This document shows positions 51,041 to 63,879 of a DNA stretch of 64,000 nucleotides, piece by piece. The translations under genes were made by a program, and so were the position numbers. The notes under the pieces were generated by a model that saw only the letters and a program-made list of their open reading frames with translations, made no database searches and was not told where the DNA came from. How positions within the stretch are numbered: the stretch's first letter is position 1; the number at the start of each line of letters is the position of its first letter. This DNA comes from Hypanus sabinus (lineage: Eukaryota). Location of the stretch: contig NC_082713.1 in assembly GCF_030144855.1 (NCBI RefSeq), forward strand, positions 21,266,001 through 21,330,000, written 5' to 3'.

Positions 51041-53829
51041 GTATGGTTAAATGTTTTTACTGAGTCACATTAGGAACAATACACACTGGGCAATTTACAG
51101 CATGGGAACTACGAGCGCCCATGCGAGAAGAGAGAGCCCACCGTGCGTAGGAGGCCCAATCGATTTCCCACGTGATCACTTGGCCAAATACGCACTTGCT
51201 ATATTCAAAATAATTAATCCAATACAGTTCACTATACACTGCCTATTCTTCCTCACAGTCTTTCTACGTGCTGCATCTATCTTTACCACCAAAGGCCCTT
51301 TCATTCAGTCAGGTTCCATCTCCTGCTAAACCAGTTTAAACCCTCTCAATAGCTCTAGCAAATTTGCCTGTTAATTCAGGTGTAACCTGAACCTTTTGTA
51401 CAGTTCATACCTTTCTCAGAAGACATCCCAGTTATCCACAAATCTGAAACCCTACCCTTGCACCAATTCTTCAGACACACATTCATCTACCAAATTATCT
51501 ATTTCTTACCCTTTCTGGTGGGTGGCACAAGCTTTTGGAGGTCCTGCTTTTCAGCTTCCTACCTAGCTCCCTATATTCTCTCCTCAGGGCCTCATCCCCT
51601 TTCCTACCTTCGTTATTGGTACCAACATCTACCACAACTTCTGACTGCTTAACCTTCACATTTAGAATGCTGTGGACCTGATTGGAGACATCCATGACCC
51701 TGGCATCTGGGAGGTAACATAACATCTAGGAGTCTTTTTCATCAATAAAGCCTCCTGTCTGTTCCCTTAACTGCTTAATCCTGTTTCACCAGTGCTCTCT
51801 TCCCCCCGCCCACCTTCCATTTTGAGCCACTGATTTAGACGGTGCTAGAGACCATATTGCTAAGGCTTTCCCTTGATAGAAGGCATCCCCCTTAATATTG
51901 TCCACAATGGGATACTTATTACTGAGGGGTACGCCACAGGGGTACTCTGAGCTATCTGCCTATTCCCTTTCCCTCACCAGAAAGTCACCCAGCTAACTAC
52001 CTCCTGCAACATAGACGTGACTACCTTATCTAACACCTCCTGAATCTCTCGTATGAACCAAAAGCCATCCAGCTGCAGCTCCAATTCTCTAACATCCTGT
52101 CAAATGAAATTCTAATATTTTTACTAGATCAGACGAGTTTGCCAGTCAAAAAGGACAATGTTTCCAATGTAAACTACAAGCATTTTGCTACTTAATCAGT
52201 TGTTGATCACACCTTTAATGCAAGACACTTTCCTTTTTTATCTTTAACAAGATTCTAAAGCTCATAGTTACAGGAGATTGTTATTCTAAAAAGCAAGTAT
52301 GCTTTCAATGTTTAAAATCTCAGAGTATTTTGAATTGCCATGTTAGTCCAAACTGCTCTAAATAAACATAGTCAAGACTTAGTCATGAGCTGAAAGCTGT
52401 TTCACCCACATATAATGCAGGGTGTTATCTTAGGAAAGGAGTTACAGCTGAAAGATTGTCGAGCAGCTGACTGTCCCTTAAACTGTCTGCTAGCAGTTAT
52501 TATCAAGGAATTTGGTGGTTAGTCCTTGACCTGATGCCTGCTCAGCACGTCAACTAGCTGATTGCCAGTAAATTTAGCATTTCCAAGGATGGCAAGCATT
52601 CTTAAAGGTATATCATCCTTCTTCACTTGCCTGTTGCTCAATGCTCATGAAAGACTTCTGGAGCACATCAAGAACATTTTTGGGAGCCGTTTCTCAAGAT
52701 GTCCCTGACACACTATGAAAAATGACTCAGGGAGCCTATATGAAAAGCAAGGACAATTTCTAACACTACGTCAAAACTCCAAAGGAGCCTTTTGTAGTAT
52801 CTTAAATTGAATTTTTGTACAGCATATCCTGGTTAAAAACTAAATTCTGCACATAGGACAATAATCTTGAGGATCATTTGGGGGCAAGTTGCCACATCAA
52901 TTGCATGGGAAGGATGATCTCAGAAACACTACCCATGAAACTAAAGGATTGTCATTTGGTCCATAAATGTCATTTGAGGCCAGTAATCTCTCAGACTGGA
53001 CTATATGTGACTCCAGACCCAGTAAGATGTTAATTGCCTCTTCAATTTGGGGAATGGTTGAGATAAAGACAAACCGGCATTGGTTATGCCCGTATATCTA
53101 GAACAAATAAGTTCGCAGAACGCTGGACTTCAGATGTTTTGTTTAGAATTGCTCAATTGCATCTCACAGGAGTCACCAGAAAATGAAGACAGAAGATGGA
53201 TGAAGAATGGAAGGAGATATATTCCAGTAAGTGGAGCATTGGCTGCAAAGGGAAGAATGGCCAGGTAGTTAAGAGTGTGTTCCTCCACAACAGAGCTCTC
53301 CTCTACCTCCAGTGATACTCTTCATTGGACCTCTGAGCTATTGTGAAAGTCATAGAGTCAAGAAGCACGACAGCTCAGAAACAAGCCCTTCGGCCCATCA
53401 AGTTCATGTCAAAAGACAAGACACTATTCTTTTTCATTTGGAATGCTTCACACCTCTGGTGGAAGCATGTGAATGAAGCCAATGTGCAGTGCTCCAGATA
53501 ATTGTGGTTAGTCATTAATTGAGAGGTACACCAAAAGATGTTTTAGCAATGTTAAATCATGATTTGTTTCAGATGAAAATAGGTAATCAGATTGAAACAT
53601 CAACTCTTTTTCTTAATCAACGCGATCTGCTACATAATTCCATAATATTTTTGGTTTTATTTCCCATTATGGAATCAGCAACCAGACCAAATTTGATTGC
53701 TTAAATCCAGCATTTCATCTGATGGGGTTTTGGTTGCTCAGCATCTGTGCAATGTCAAAATCGAAGTAAATTTAATATCAAAGTACACTTATGTCACAAT
53801 ATATTTCATTGAGATTCATTCTATTATTA

Positions 53830-54346
53830 TTTATTTATTGAGATACAGCACAGAATAGACCTTTTCAGCCCTTTGAGCTATGCTGCCCAGTGATCTCCCA
53901 ATTTAACCCCAGTCTAATCTCTGGACTATCTACAATGACCAATTAACCTACCAACAGTTATGTCTTTGGACTGTGCGAGGAAACTGGAGCACCCAGAGGA
54001 AACCCATGCAGTCATGGAGAGAACATACAAACTCCTTGCAGGCAGCAGTAGGAATTTATTTATGTATTGATTGAGATACAGCATGGAACAGGCCTTTCCA
54101 GCCCCTCGAGCCATGCCGCCCAGTAACTCCCAAGTTAATCTTAACGCAATCACAGGACGATTTACAATTTCCAATTAAGTTACCAATTGGTACATCTTTG
54201 GACTATGGGAGGAAACTGGAGCACACAGAGGAAACCCACACAGCCACAGGGAGAACATACAAACTCTTTACAGGCAGCGGTGGGAATTGAACCCGGGTCG
54301 CCTGTATCGGAAAGTGCTATGCTAACCACTATGCTGCCATGCTGCC
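53830..54346 (-). mobile_element. Two tandem V-SINE/HE1-like SINEs (53830-54050 partial; 54055-54346 full)
   Basis: Minus-strand head ggcagcatggcagcatagtggttagc (A box) and gggttcaattccc (B box); central ggagtttgtatgttctcc. Confidence 0.85.
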
Positions 54347-54597
54347 TCTTTCCTTGCAAACATTTGCAGGAAAATAAAGAAATATAACAGAATTTATAAA
54401 AACTAAATATAAACAAAGACGGACAAACAGCCAATTTGCCGTGAAGACAATTTGAGCAAATAAAAAGAATAATACGGAGAACACAAGCTGTGGAGCCCTT
54501 GAAAGTGAGTATGTAGGTTGTGGAATCAGTGGAGTTATCCAAACTATTTCAGGAGCCTGATGTTGTAGGGTAGTAACTTTTACTAAAGCTGGTGAAC

Positions 54598-55000
54598 ATT
54601 TAGAAGATTGAGGGGGGATCTTATTGAAACATATAAAATTCTAAAGGGATTGGACAGGCTAGATACAGGAAGATTGTTTCCGATGTTGGGGAAGTCCAAA
54701 ACGAGGGGTCACAGTTTAAGGATAAAGGGAAGCCTTTTAGGACCGAGATGAGGAAAAACTTCTTCACACAGAGAGTGGTGATTCTGTGGAATTCTCTGCC
54801 ACAGGAAACAGTTGAGGCCGGTTCATTGGCTATATTTAAGAGGAAGTTAGATATGGCCCTTGTGGCTAAAGGGATCGGGGGTATGGAGAGAAAGCAGGTA
54901 CAGGGTTCTGAGTTGGATGATCAGCCATGATCATACTGAATGGTGGCGCAGGCTCTAAGGGCCGAATGGCCTACTCCTGCACCTATTTTCTATGTTTCTT
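54598..55000 (+). mobile_element. CR1 LINE 3' end, well preserved
   Basis: RRLRGDLIETYKILKGLD..TRGHSLRI..FFTQRVVILWNSLP..FKRKLD and tail ggccgaatggcctactcctgc. Confidence 0.9.
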
Positions 55001-56724
55001 TGATGTGGGATCTGTTTTCACGCTCTCACCAGAACAAGATCAACAAGAGCAAATCAAGGCCAAGTTAAATGCCACCCAGTACTGCAATTTGAGGCTTAGC
55101 TTGAATGTAGCTCAAAGTCTTTGGTGTGTGTCTTAGATACAACAGCTTCACAGGCAAGAGCATTATCACTGAACAACGATGACACAGTGTTTTCACACAA
55201 TTCAGCATCTTCAGAGAAATGGGGAAATTTTATAGGGAAACTAATGGTGTTAAGGTGATGACCTGGAGTTCCCTTTTTATTTGCTGGTGCTAAATGGCCA
55301 TTTGAAGTGCAGCTTTCTGCTGCCCTTTGCACTTGCAAGGGAAAACATGAGAATCTCAGAATCTGAATTGGAATTAGGTTTAATATCACTGACATACATC
55401 GTGAAATTTGTTGTTTTGCAGCAGCATTAATATATTAAAGATGCTATCGTTGCAATAACAGATACTGTATGCACACATAAATTAAATAAGAAGGGCAAAA
55501 AGAAAGCAAAACCAGTGATGTAGTGTTCATGAGTTGGTTCACCATAATTTTGGTTTAATGCTTGCAAGCTAGGAGAAATGCAATCTCTGTTGTACCAGAG
55601 AAAAGAAGATGGTTGGGACAATTGAGCTCATTCAGTGGTATAGACAAAGATAATGTGTTATCCCTGTGCCTCCTCATTAAGTCTGCACATTGTGTCCTGA
55701 TTTTAGAGGCTAACTATGGCTTGATCAATATTAAATGGTAGAGAAGAGTCAGATTTCAGAATTAATTAGAACTTCCATCAGCTACTGTTGCACAATGCCA
55801 TAATGTTTCAGATAAGCTTAACAACAAGGAGAAATTAAACTAGAAAATGCTGGAAATGCTCAACAGGGCAGGCTGCATCTGTGGGAAGAGAAATGTTTAA
55901 GGTCAGAAATTCTTTGTTCTTAAACTTAAAATATAGAACATCTGTAATTTCTTTTTGAATTTTCACTTTGATGTTTGTTTAGAAATATATTCCTAGTTGG
56001 GAGAGCTAAATGGTTTATAAATTAGCATTGTACTCAGGAATAAATTTCAGAAGCTAAGCACAATGAACTGGTGTTATTCAGTATGTTTAGTTTTACTGTC
56101 CTCGGATAAAGTTCGAGGGAAACATCTTCCCAATGTTCTTAATGGTTATCAATCAGAACTGGACGAATAATGTGTAGACCAGTATCTTTTAGAGTCACTT
56201 GCCTAGCCACTTGTGCAATAATGTAAAACCAACTTTACATATGTTATTATTTCACTGTCCAAGCAAGGTCTCAAATGAAAGAAGTTAGAAGCATTAACTT
56301 CTGGAGTTAAACTGAGAAATACACAATATTTATTCTGAAAGTACATACTTCAGCTGGCGGATGCAATCACAAGATAGCTGACTGAGATTATGGAGAGAAT
56401 GCTTTAAACACTTGCATGTTTATTTTTGCTCAATCCACTACTGATGTCCAAGATCATCCTCTTCAACCTCAAAGAAAACCCAAGGCTTAACTTCTGAATG
56501 CATTCCACTATTAACTTCAGAACAAGACCCAAGGAAACTGCAAAAAAGCACATTGCTGTTATTTCTGTGGCACTTTCTCCAACTGGGCTAATGTTCTGGT
56601 AAACAAACTGGAGATCCTTTATAGAAATTCACTCCTTCAGTGTCTGTTCTCCTCTTCCTGGTCATTATTGCTCTTTATACAGAGCCTACAAAGTATATTT
56701 TACAGGTTTAAGAATAATATTTTG

Positions 56725-57095
56725 TAGGGTTGTTGTGTAAGCCCACAAAAATTAATGGACACAGCCCTGTCCGTCACAGGACTAGCCCGCCCTATCATTC
56801 AGCACATCTACAAGGAATGCTGCCACAAGAAAGCAGTATCCATCATCAAGGATTCCCCCTATCTAGGTCATGCTCACTTCTCACTGCTGTCATGCGGATT
56901 AAAGTATGAGAGCCTTTGGACTCTCACTACCAGCATTCATGTACAGTTATTACCCTATAACCATAATGCTCCTAGACCAGTATCGATAACTTCACTCACC
57001 ACAACACTGAATTGATTCCACAAGCTAGGAATTCACTTTCTTGGATTCTACAACTCATGTTCCCAGTAATGTTTACTTAGTTATTTATATTGATT
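56725..57095 (+). mobile_element. Rex1-like LINE 3' end, diverged
   Basis: CHKKAVSIIKDSPYLGHAHFSLL. Confidence 0.7.
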
Positions 57096-57097
57096 TA

Positions 57098-57990
57098 TTT
57101 TTCTCACCGCAAGCTGGTAAAACCTGAGGTACATGCATAGCCAAGAACATTCATTTCTCAATTGCTACGAACTTCCAGACTATTCTGTGGCTTTCTGGAG
57201 ATCTACATAAATATTGCTATGTAGGCTTAATTGTTTATTGCTATTATGTAGTGACTTTGGGATGATACCAGTTGTAGACATTACTAATGGGACAATGTAC
57301 ATCCTCTTCATGTTCCATAGTCTTTCAATTTCCTCTTTTAATTCAGCATAAGTCTGGTGTTTTTCACTTACTGTCTTCTGTATGTGATGTGTATTTTGAA
57401 TGGCTGTATCTATTAAGCAGTTTGTTCTTGTTTGTTTATCTTGTAGTATTATATCCAGACTGTTATTATGGATTGCCCTATTTGTGATAATGGATTGGTC
57501 ATAATATGCAGTAATTTGTAGGAATCTGGCTCTAAAACTGGATTAAACTTGTATTTTTAATAAGATATGGGTTCTTTATGAGTTTGTATTTTAAAGCAAG
57601 ATTTTGGTGAGTGATGTTTGCCTCTTGATTTTATCTGTGTAAATAAAACTACTGAGTTAAACTGCTGCAGGATTTTGAAATGTGTGGATTGTTTTTGTTT
57701 TCCCCTGGCACTTTCTGCATTTACTGCCTTTAATATGTTGGTGTTTTATTATGTATTTTGATATATTTTTTAACGTTAATCACCTGGTCCTGTATTGCTA
57801 CAAGGAGCCCCTCTGCTTCTGGGAAGAAGTCTCTAATTCTGAGCCGGGGTCTACCGCTTCCTTGTCGACATCTAGTCTGCTCAGATCATGGGTAAGTTGT
57901 CCATGGAAGGTCAACCTCTTCCATTGGCTAACTTTTTCTTCTGTAGTGAGAGTTTCTTTATTTTTCTGGGTTGTGCTTTCATTTAAACTG
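57098..57990 (-). mobile_element. R4/Dong-like non-LTR retrotransposon, C-terminal restriction-like endonuclease region
   Basis: Manual translation: FPEAEGLLVAIQDQVI; KCRKC knuckle; YLHR*NQ; IHNNSLDIIL (RPD equivalent); LIDTAI; EKHQTYAELKEEIERLW; IVPLVMSTTGIIPKSL. Confidence 0.85.
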
Positions 57991-58209
57991 GTGTGTCTCG
58001 GTACTGTTAATATGTCAGTTTGCCAGTTTACCAATCGTTTTGTTCATATTTTCAACAACGCCCATTTTTGGTTTTAGCAATGTATAACCGGTAATAGTCA
58101 GTGAGTCGGTATGGAGCTGGTGCTATATACTGATGAGAGATTGACGGTGCGATCAATGCAAGTGGGTCGACTTGACAATGTTGGCAATAAGAAGTTTGAG
58201 ACTGGTATT

Positions 58210-58545
58210 AGTCCCACCTCCTTCCTTATATTCCATGGTTAACTCTCCTATCAGATTCCTTCTCCTTCAGCCCGTTACCTCTTCGACCAATCACCTCCCA
58301 AGCTCGTGCATCATTCCCTTTCATCCCCCCCCCCCCACTCTTCACCTGGACTAATCTATCTTCTCCCCCTTCCTTCACATTCTTATTCTGGCCTCTGCCC
58401 CTTATTTTCTAGTCCTGATGAAGGGGCTCAGCCCAGAACATGGACTGTTTATTTCCCTCCGTAGGTGCTACCTGACTTGCTGAGTTCCTTCAGCAGTTTG
58501 TGTGTGTTACTCAAGATTTCCAGGATCTTCAGAACCTCTTGTGTC
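58210..58545 (+). mobile_element. Penelope terminal repeat
   Basis: AGTC-CTGATGA-A-GGGGCTCAGCCC-AGAAC-ATG-GACT at 58411-58446 (core mutated). Confidence 0.8.
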
Positions 58546-58899
58546 TCCAACCAGCTCTCTGATATTTTCAGACACCTCTTGCCTTTTTACCCATGTTTGG
58601 GATCAGTTCTATAGATTCTGACCGCCAACCCAGGATTTTCCGTTTTAACAATCAATACTTTACAAATGGATTAAACTTGATGGGCCAAAATGGCCTGAAT
58701 ACTATTCTAGCACATATATTGTACAAGCCACTTAGCCCATAAAGTCTAATCCATTTGGCCCAATCTCCATAGTCAGGCAAATTATTTCTCCTAATATTTG
58801 TATGCTATTTCTATTTGAAAGTCAGGATAATCTGTTTGTATCTTTTATATGTCACTTTCAGGCTGGAGTTCCTACTGTTCACAATCATCAAGATTGATT

Positions 58900-59510
58900 T
58901 GTATGAGGATCAAGTGTAGTTAACCCAATTATGCTGATGGTAAAAGATTGGGTGGCCGAATGGATTGTGAGAGAATGCAGGGAGGTCTCAGAAATATGGA
59001 CAGGCTAAATGTTAGAGAATGCGGCAGAAGAAAATGTGAGGTCATCCATGTTGATAGAAAGAAAAGAATATAAACACATTATACTTTCAGTTGTTCAGAA
59101 ACTAAAGGATACAGATACGCAAAGAGAGCTGGTGTCCTGGAATACCATTTGCTGCAAGGTAATGAGCAGGTGTAGGATTTAAGAAGGTACATTATATGTT
59201 CACCATTGAAGGTTGTGTAGACGAGAACTAGAGGTCATGGGTTAAAGGTGAGAGGCAAAATATTTAAGTAGAACCTGAAGGAGATCTTCTTTACTAAGGG
59301 TGGGGAGTGTGTGGAATGAGCTACTAGTGAAATTGGTGGACATAGGGTCAAATGCAACATTTGAAAGAAGTTCGGATAAGTGCATGGATGAAAGGGGAAT
59401 GGAGGGCTATGATCCAGGTGGGGGCCATTGGGACTAAATAAAATAAAAGATTGGCATGGACTGGATGGGCCAAAGGGCCTGCTAATGTTCTGTACCAACT
59501 TATGACTCGA
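58900..59510 (+). mobile_element. CR1 LINE fragments
   Basis: YADGKRLGG (FADD region) and TRTRGHGLKVRG..FFTKG..WNEL remnants. Confidence 0.7.
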
Positions 59511-59679
59511 TTACTGTCAAAAGATTTGAACTCAAGAGTAAAAGCAACTTGTGGTAATTAAATAGGGCTCTGAATCGAACCATCCTTGACACTGTGCACC
59601 AGTCTCACCTCCTGTAAATTGGATTGTTTCTGGAATGATGGGTTTATCTTATGAGAGAAATTCAGCAGACTGAGCCTTC

Positions 59680-60205
59680 GTTGAGCACCTTCGGTCCATC
59701 TTCCTAAAGCCAATTATTTTAATTCCAACTTCCATTCTGACATGTCGATCCACGGACTCCTCTTGTACCATGTTTAGTTCACCATCAGAGTGGAGAAGCA
59801 ACATCTTACGTTTTGTCTGTGGAGTTCCAACATGAATATTAATTTCTCCTTTTGGTAAAACAGAACTTCTCCTTCTCCCTTCCCTCTTCTTCTATTCCCT
59901 ATTCTAGCCTCTTACCTCTTCTCACCTGCCTATCATCTTCCCTGGTGCCTCTTCTCTTTCTCTTTTTCCTATGGTCCACTCTCCTCTCCTATCAGATTCC
60001 TTTCTATCCAGCCCTTTATCTTTCCTGCCTACCTGGATTCACCTACCACCTTCTAACTATGCTTCTTTCCCACCCCCACCTTTTTATTCTGGTGTCTCCC
60101 CCCTTCCTTTCCAGTTTTGAAGAAGGGTCTCGGCTCAGCGCGTTGAATGCTTGTTCATTTCCCTGGATGCCACCTGACTTGCTGATTTCCTCCAGCATTC
60201 TGTGC
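59680..60205 (+). mobile_element. Penelope-like 3' fragment
   Basis: Collinear with 15100-15680; decayed hammerhead at about 60112-60150. Confidence 0.75.
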
Positions 60206-61699
60206 ATGTATACGAGGTAGAGTTCTGAAGAATGAGAGGTGGCCTCATTTTATGTATGATCTCCTTATGAGGCTAATGTTTCTCCAGGCTTACATGTCTA
60301 GAACCTAGGATCACATTATCATGGTATCAGTTTGTTTTTCCAGAGTGAGACAAGAACCCTTTTCAGTCTAAGTTGATCTTTGGAATTCTCTACACAAGTG
60401 GATTGGAAGTTTCCATCAGGCATTTAAGAGAGATGAATAGATATTTTGCTGGAAGGGGATTTGAAAGATTTAGGATTAGTACAGAAAAGTGGCACCGCGG
60501 TAACAGATAAGGTGTGATTTGTTGAATTATGGTAAGTAAATTGGTAAATATGTTTATTATTGTCACTGAAGCCAAGTACAGTGAAAAACTTTGTTTTTCA
60601 TACCATCCATACAGATCATTTCATCATTTCAGTAGACTGAGACAGAAGAAGGGAAAACAATAACAATAAAGTGTTACAGAGAATGTGCAATGTAAGCAGA
60701 CAGTAAGGTGAAAGGCATAATGAGGCAGATTGTGAGGTTAAGCATCCCTCTTATTCAATAGTCTTAAAAAAGCTGCCCTTGAGCCTGGTGATACATGTTT
60801 CCAGGCAACACACACACAATGCTGGAGGAACTTAGCAGGTCATTGATGGAAATGAATAGTTGATGTTTCAGGCTCAGTCTTTAGGACTGAGTCTGAATGC
60901 CTTCAGGCTCTTTCATTATGTTTACTACTTTACTGAGACAGTGAGAATCATATACAGTGTCAGTGAAGGGAAGGCTTTTTTCTGTGATGTGCTGAGCTGG
61001 TGTCCCCAGCTCGCTGCAGTTTCTTACGGTTTCGAGCAGAGCAGTTGCCATGATGCATCCAGATAGGATGCTGGAGCAAGAGGCCAAATGGCCTACTGCA
61101 CTTTCCTAATCCTATGTTCTTCGCTGTGCCCTAGTCCTTAAATCATGTACCAATGGGACCTGCTCACCTCCATTTACCCTCTCTGAACCTATAACGATCT
61201 TGACTGCCATCATCAACCTCTTCTCCACTTCCTTTGCTCCAAGAATAGCCTCAGCTTCTCCTGTCTATTATTCAGCTGGGAATACTCTCTGTAGACCACA
61301 TTGTAATTGCTTGAATGGTTTAACTACTGTTCCCCTACTCTACACATTTTTAAATAAACACTAAACAATGATCTCCCTGATTTCAGTGAGATGAACACTG
61401 CAGATGCACATCATGGGCATTCTGCTCTTTCACTTCTACTTACTTTCAGTTATTCCTTTGTAGTCTCAAGACCTATCTCTACAGTCTAATGAGCTTAAAG
61501 TTAAGCTCATTATTATGATTTAAATCATCCTGTTTCCTAACCTTATCCCCGTATGCTGGCATCACCAATAATTAAGTAAAGTATTCCTACATTTTACAAA
61601 GCAACATTTACCACTGAGCCACATAAGAGAATACTAGGGCAGGTATCCTTAAGATAAATAAAATGGAAAGACCTTAGAGCTTGTTGGCTTGCACCCAGT

Positions 61700-61890
61700 G
61701 GAGACTAGATGGCAGCGGAACAGCCAGCCAATCAGAGCAATGTGTCAGACCAATATAAATGCGAGCACGCGGCAGAAACAACATTCAATCATGCACTGAT
61801 GATGAAACTCGACTGGTGATGAAACGTTTGCTATCTAATCTCCAGGCTTGGCAACAAGCAGCCAACCCAAGCTACCAACCTTCTGTTTAA
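61700..61890 (+). mobile_element. Second Penelope-like terminal repeat family with hammerhead motif
   Basis: CCAAT and TATAAA-like boxes followed by GCA-CTGATGA-T...GAAAC-GTT-TGC (61793-61831); unrelated in sequence to the main family. Confidence 0.6.
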
Positions 61891-62921
61891 ATTCAGATCT
61901 TAGTGTCAAAGGGTGCTTCATGTTCAGTATGGCCTCAAGGGGCTGAATGGCCTGTTTCCATACTCTATGCCTTGATATGGCAGTATAGAGAAAACCTTAT
62001 TCTGCATCATTATTACCGATGGCTTTTCAGCACATAATGGACACTGCAAACAGTGCTTTACTCCATGCCCAATATGCATGAGTGTCTGATGATGACAGTA
62101 GCCTAGAAATTACAATCCATTTACTAACTGAATGTTGTTTAAGCATCAAACTTATTAATCAATCATTTTGTCATTTACAGAAATGCAGTAAAACTTGTGC
62201 TTTTAATGTCACTCAGCAGACATCCAGTGAAAAATCCTATTTAATAGCTTAGATTTTAACTCCAGTTCTCCAATGCAAGCAAAATATAACTGCCAGGAAC
62301 TGAATTAACAGATGTCTGGCTGGCTGTTAAACTTGGCGGAACCTCTGGCTCTGGCTCCCAGGGCTTCAACTACGGAGACTTTACCCCTTCAAGTTTATAG
62401 TATGGGATGGGATTCATCAACAGATTTCTCACCTTAATGAAAGGAAGGTGAAAAGGTATCACACAAAAATAAGGAATATATAAACAATTTTGTTTTTATT
62501 GTAAATATCGTAGTCAAATTTTGCAAACTGATAAATGTGTCATGGCCATGAGGTGGGGTGGGGCAGTTTGATAAAGGAAGGTTCAAGACAGATTTAAATT
62601 GATGGGTATACTGTTGACAGTATTAGTTAGTATTATGGGTTGAAAGCCTTTGGATGGTGAATGGTTGCAGTGGCAATTGGTAATATTGGAAACATGCACT
62701 GCTACATAGTGGAAGCCAACATCTCATAAAAGGCAGATGCATTTCTGAACACTTCTGCCACAGTTATAGGGTGAGGTCCCAAGGGGTTTATTAGCAATAA
62801 GTGTCCGAATGAGTTACAAGAGGGTGACTGAGCTGTACAGGAGTCTATGTTCAAGGCAAGAGTGACAGGGAATTTCCCGCTTGTAGACAAAATCTCCCCT
62901 CAGTTGTGGAAGACTGCTTTA

Positions 62922-63190
62922 ATACAAGAGATTCTGCAGGTGCTGAAAACTCAAAGTAACACACACAAAATGCTGGAGGATCTCCACAGGTCAGTCAGCA
63001 TCTATGGAGAGGAATAAACAGTCAACATTTCTTGCCGATACCCTTCATCAGAACCAGAAAATGAGGGGGACAATGTTCAAACTTTTCAGGTCAATGCCTT
63101 TCATCAGGATTGAGTCTGAGTCCAACACCTCAATTGTTTATTCATTTCCATAGCTGCTGCCGGACCTTATGAGTCCATCCAGCATCATTT
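62922..63190. mobile_element. Fold-back Penelope terminal repeats with two tandem minus-strand hammerhead remnants
   Basis: CUGAUGA motifs antisense at about 63046-63052 and 63102-63108; plus arm 63130-63185. Confidence 0.7.
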
Positions 63191-63315
63191 TTCCTCAAGA
63201 TCTACTCATAGTCTTCTTTGCTCCAAGTGTAACCACCTTATTTTCTTGTCACTGAAACCCTTCTTTCTACTAAACCTTTTCTGCACCTTTTCTAGAATGT
63301 TCTCGCCCTTCCCAA

Positions 63316-63545
63316 GGGCAGCACAGTAGTAAAGCTGTTACTGTAACACTATTACAGTGCCATCAACCAGGGTTCAATTCCCGTCACTGTCTAAAAGGAG
63401 TTTGTCAAGTCTCCCCATGGTCATGTGAGCTCCCACCCACACAATAAAGTCATATAGGTTGCAGGTTAATTAGTCACATAGGTGTAATTGGGTAGACCAG
63501 GTTTTTTGGCCAGAAGGGCCTGTTCCTATGCTGTATCTCTATGCC
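63316..63545 (+). mobile_element. V-SINE/HE1-like SINE
   Basis: ggcagcacagtag head, gggttcaattccc B box, tail gaagggcctgttcctatgctgtatctct. Confidence 0.75.
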
Positions 63546-63879
63546 ACGTTGAATAAAGAATAATAAAGATCTGTTTTCGGTTTCCTGCCTTTTCCTCTCC
63601 AGAAAGTGCATTAAAATATATGTAAAACACCACCAGTTTAAATGCCACCCATTAATCCATTACTGTTCTCTCAAGTTTTTGTTCTATTTATCCTGACAAG
63701 TTCTGCTCAACTCTCTGAATTAGCTCTCATCCATTTTACAAGTGCTGCTTCAGATTTCTCCTTGATCTTATCCATTACTGGTCTGATCTTCACCAGAATG
63801 AGTATCAGGTATATTATCACTAACATACAGTATGTCATGAAAATTATAAGTTAGAAGTAACTAAATAAATAGTGCAAAC

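Larger units (their letters stand above)
48287..51231 (-). mobile_element. Solo LTR (about 230 bp: 48287-48322 plus 51040-51231) split by Rex1 insertions
   Basis: TG...CA ends and exact 4-bp TSD CTAT (48283-48286, 51232-51235); AGTAAA near the minus-strand 3' end. Confidence 0.65.
47060..52090 (-). mobile_element. CR1 LINE (ORF1 esterase part 51236-52090; ORF2 APE endonuclease part 47060-48286) split by nested insertions
   Basis: ORF1 CYLPDARVMDVS..VVVDVGTNN (SGNH-like); ORF2 start LKCTHFNA..RNK; TLLGVFYR; GDVNFPNIDW; IKENPKAF. Confidence 0.85.

Noticed and set aside
54250-54346. tRNA gene
   Set aside because: A/B boxes belong to a SINE head continuing into the SINE body; no full cloverleaf.
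57682-58077. 131-aa hydrophobic plus-strand ORF
   Set aside because: Antisense of the A-rich R4/Dong coding strand.
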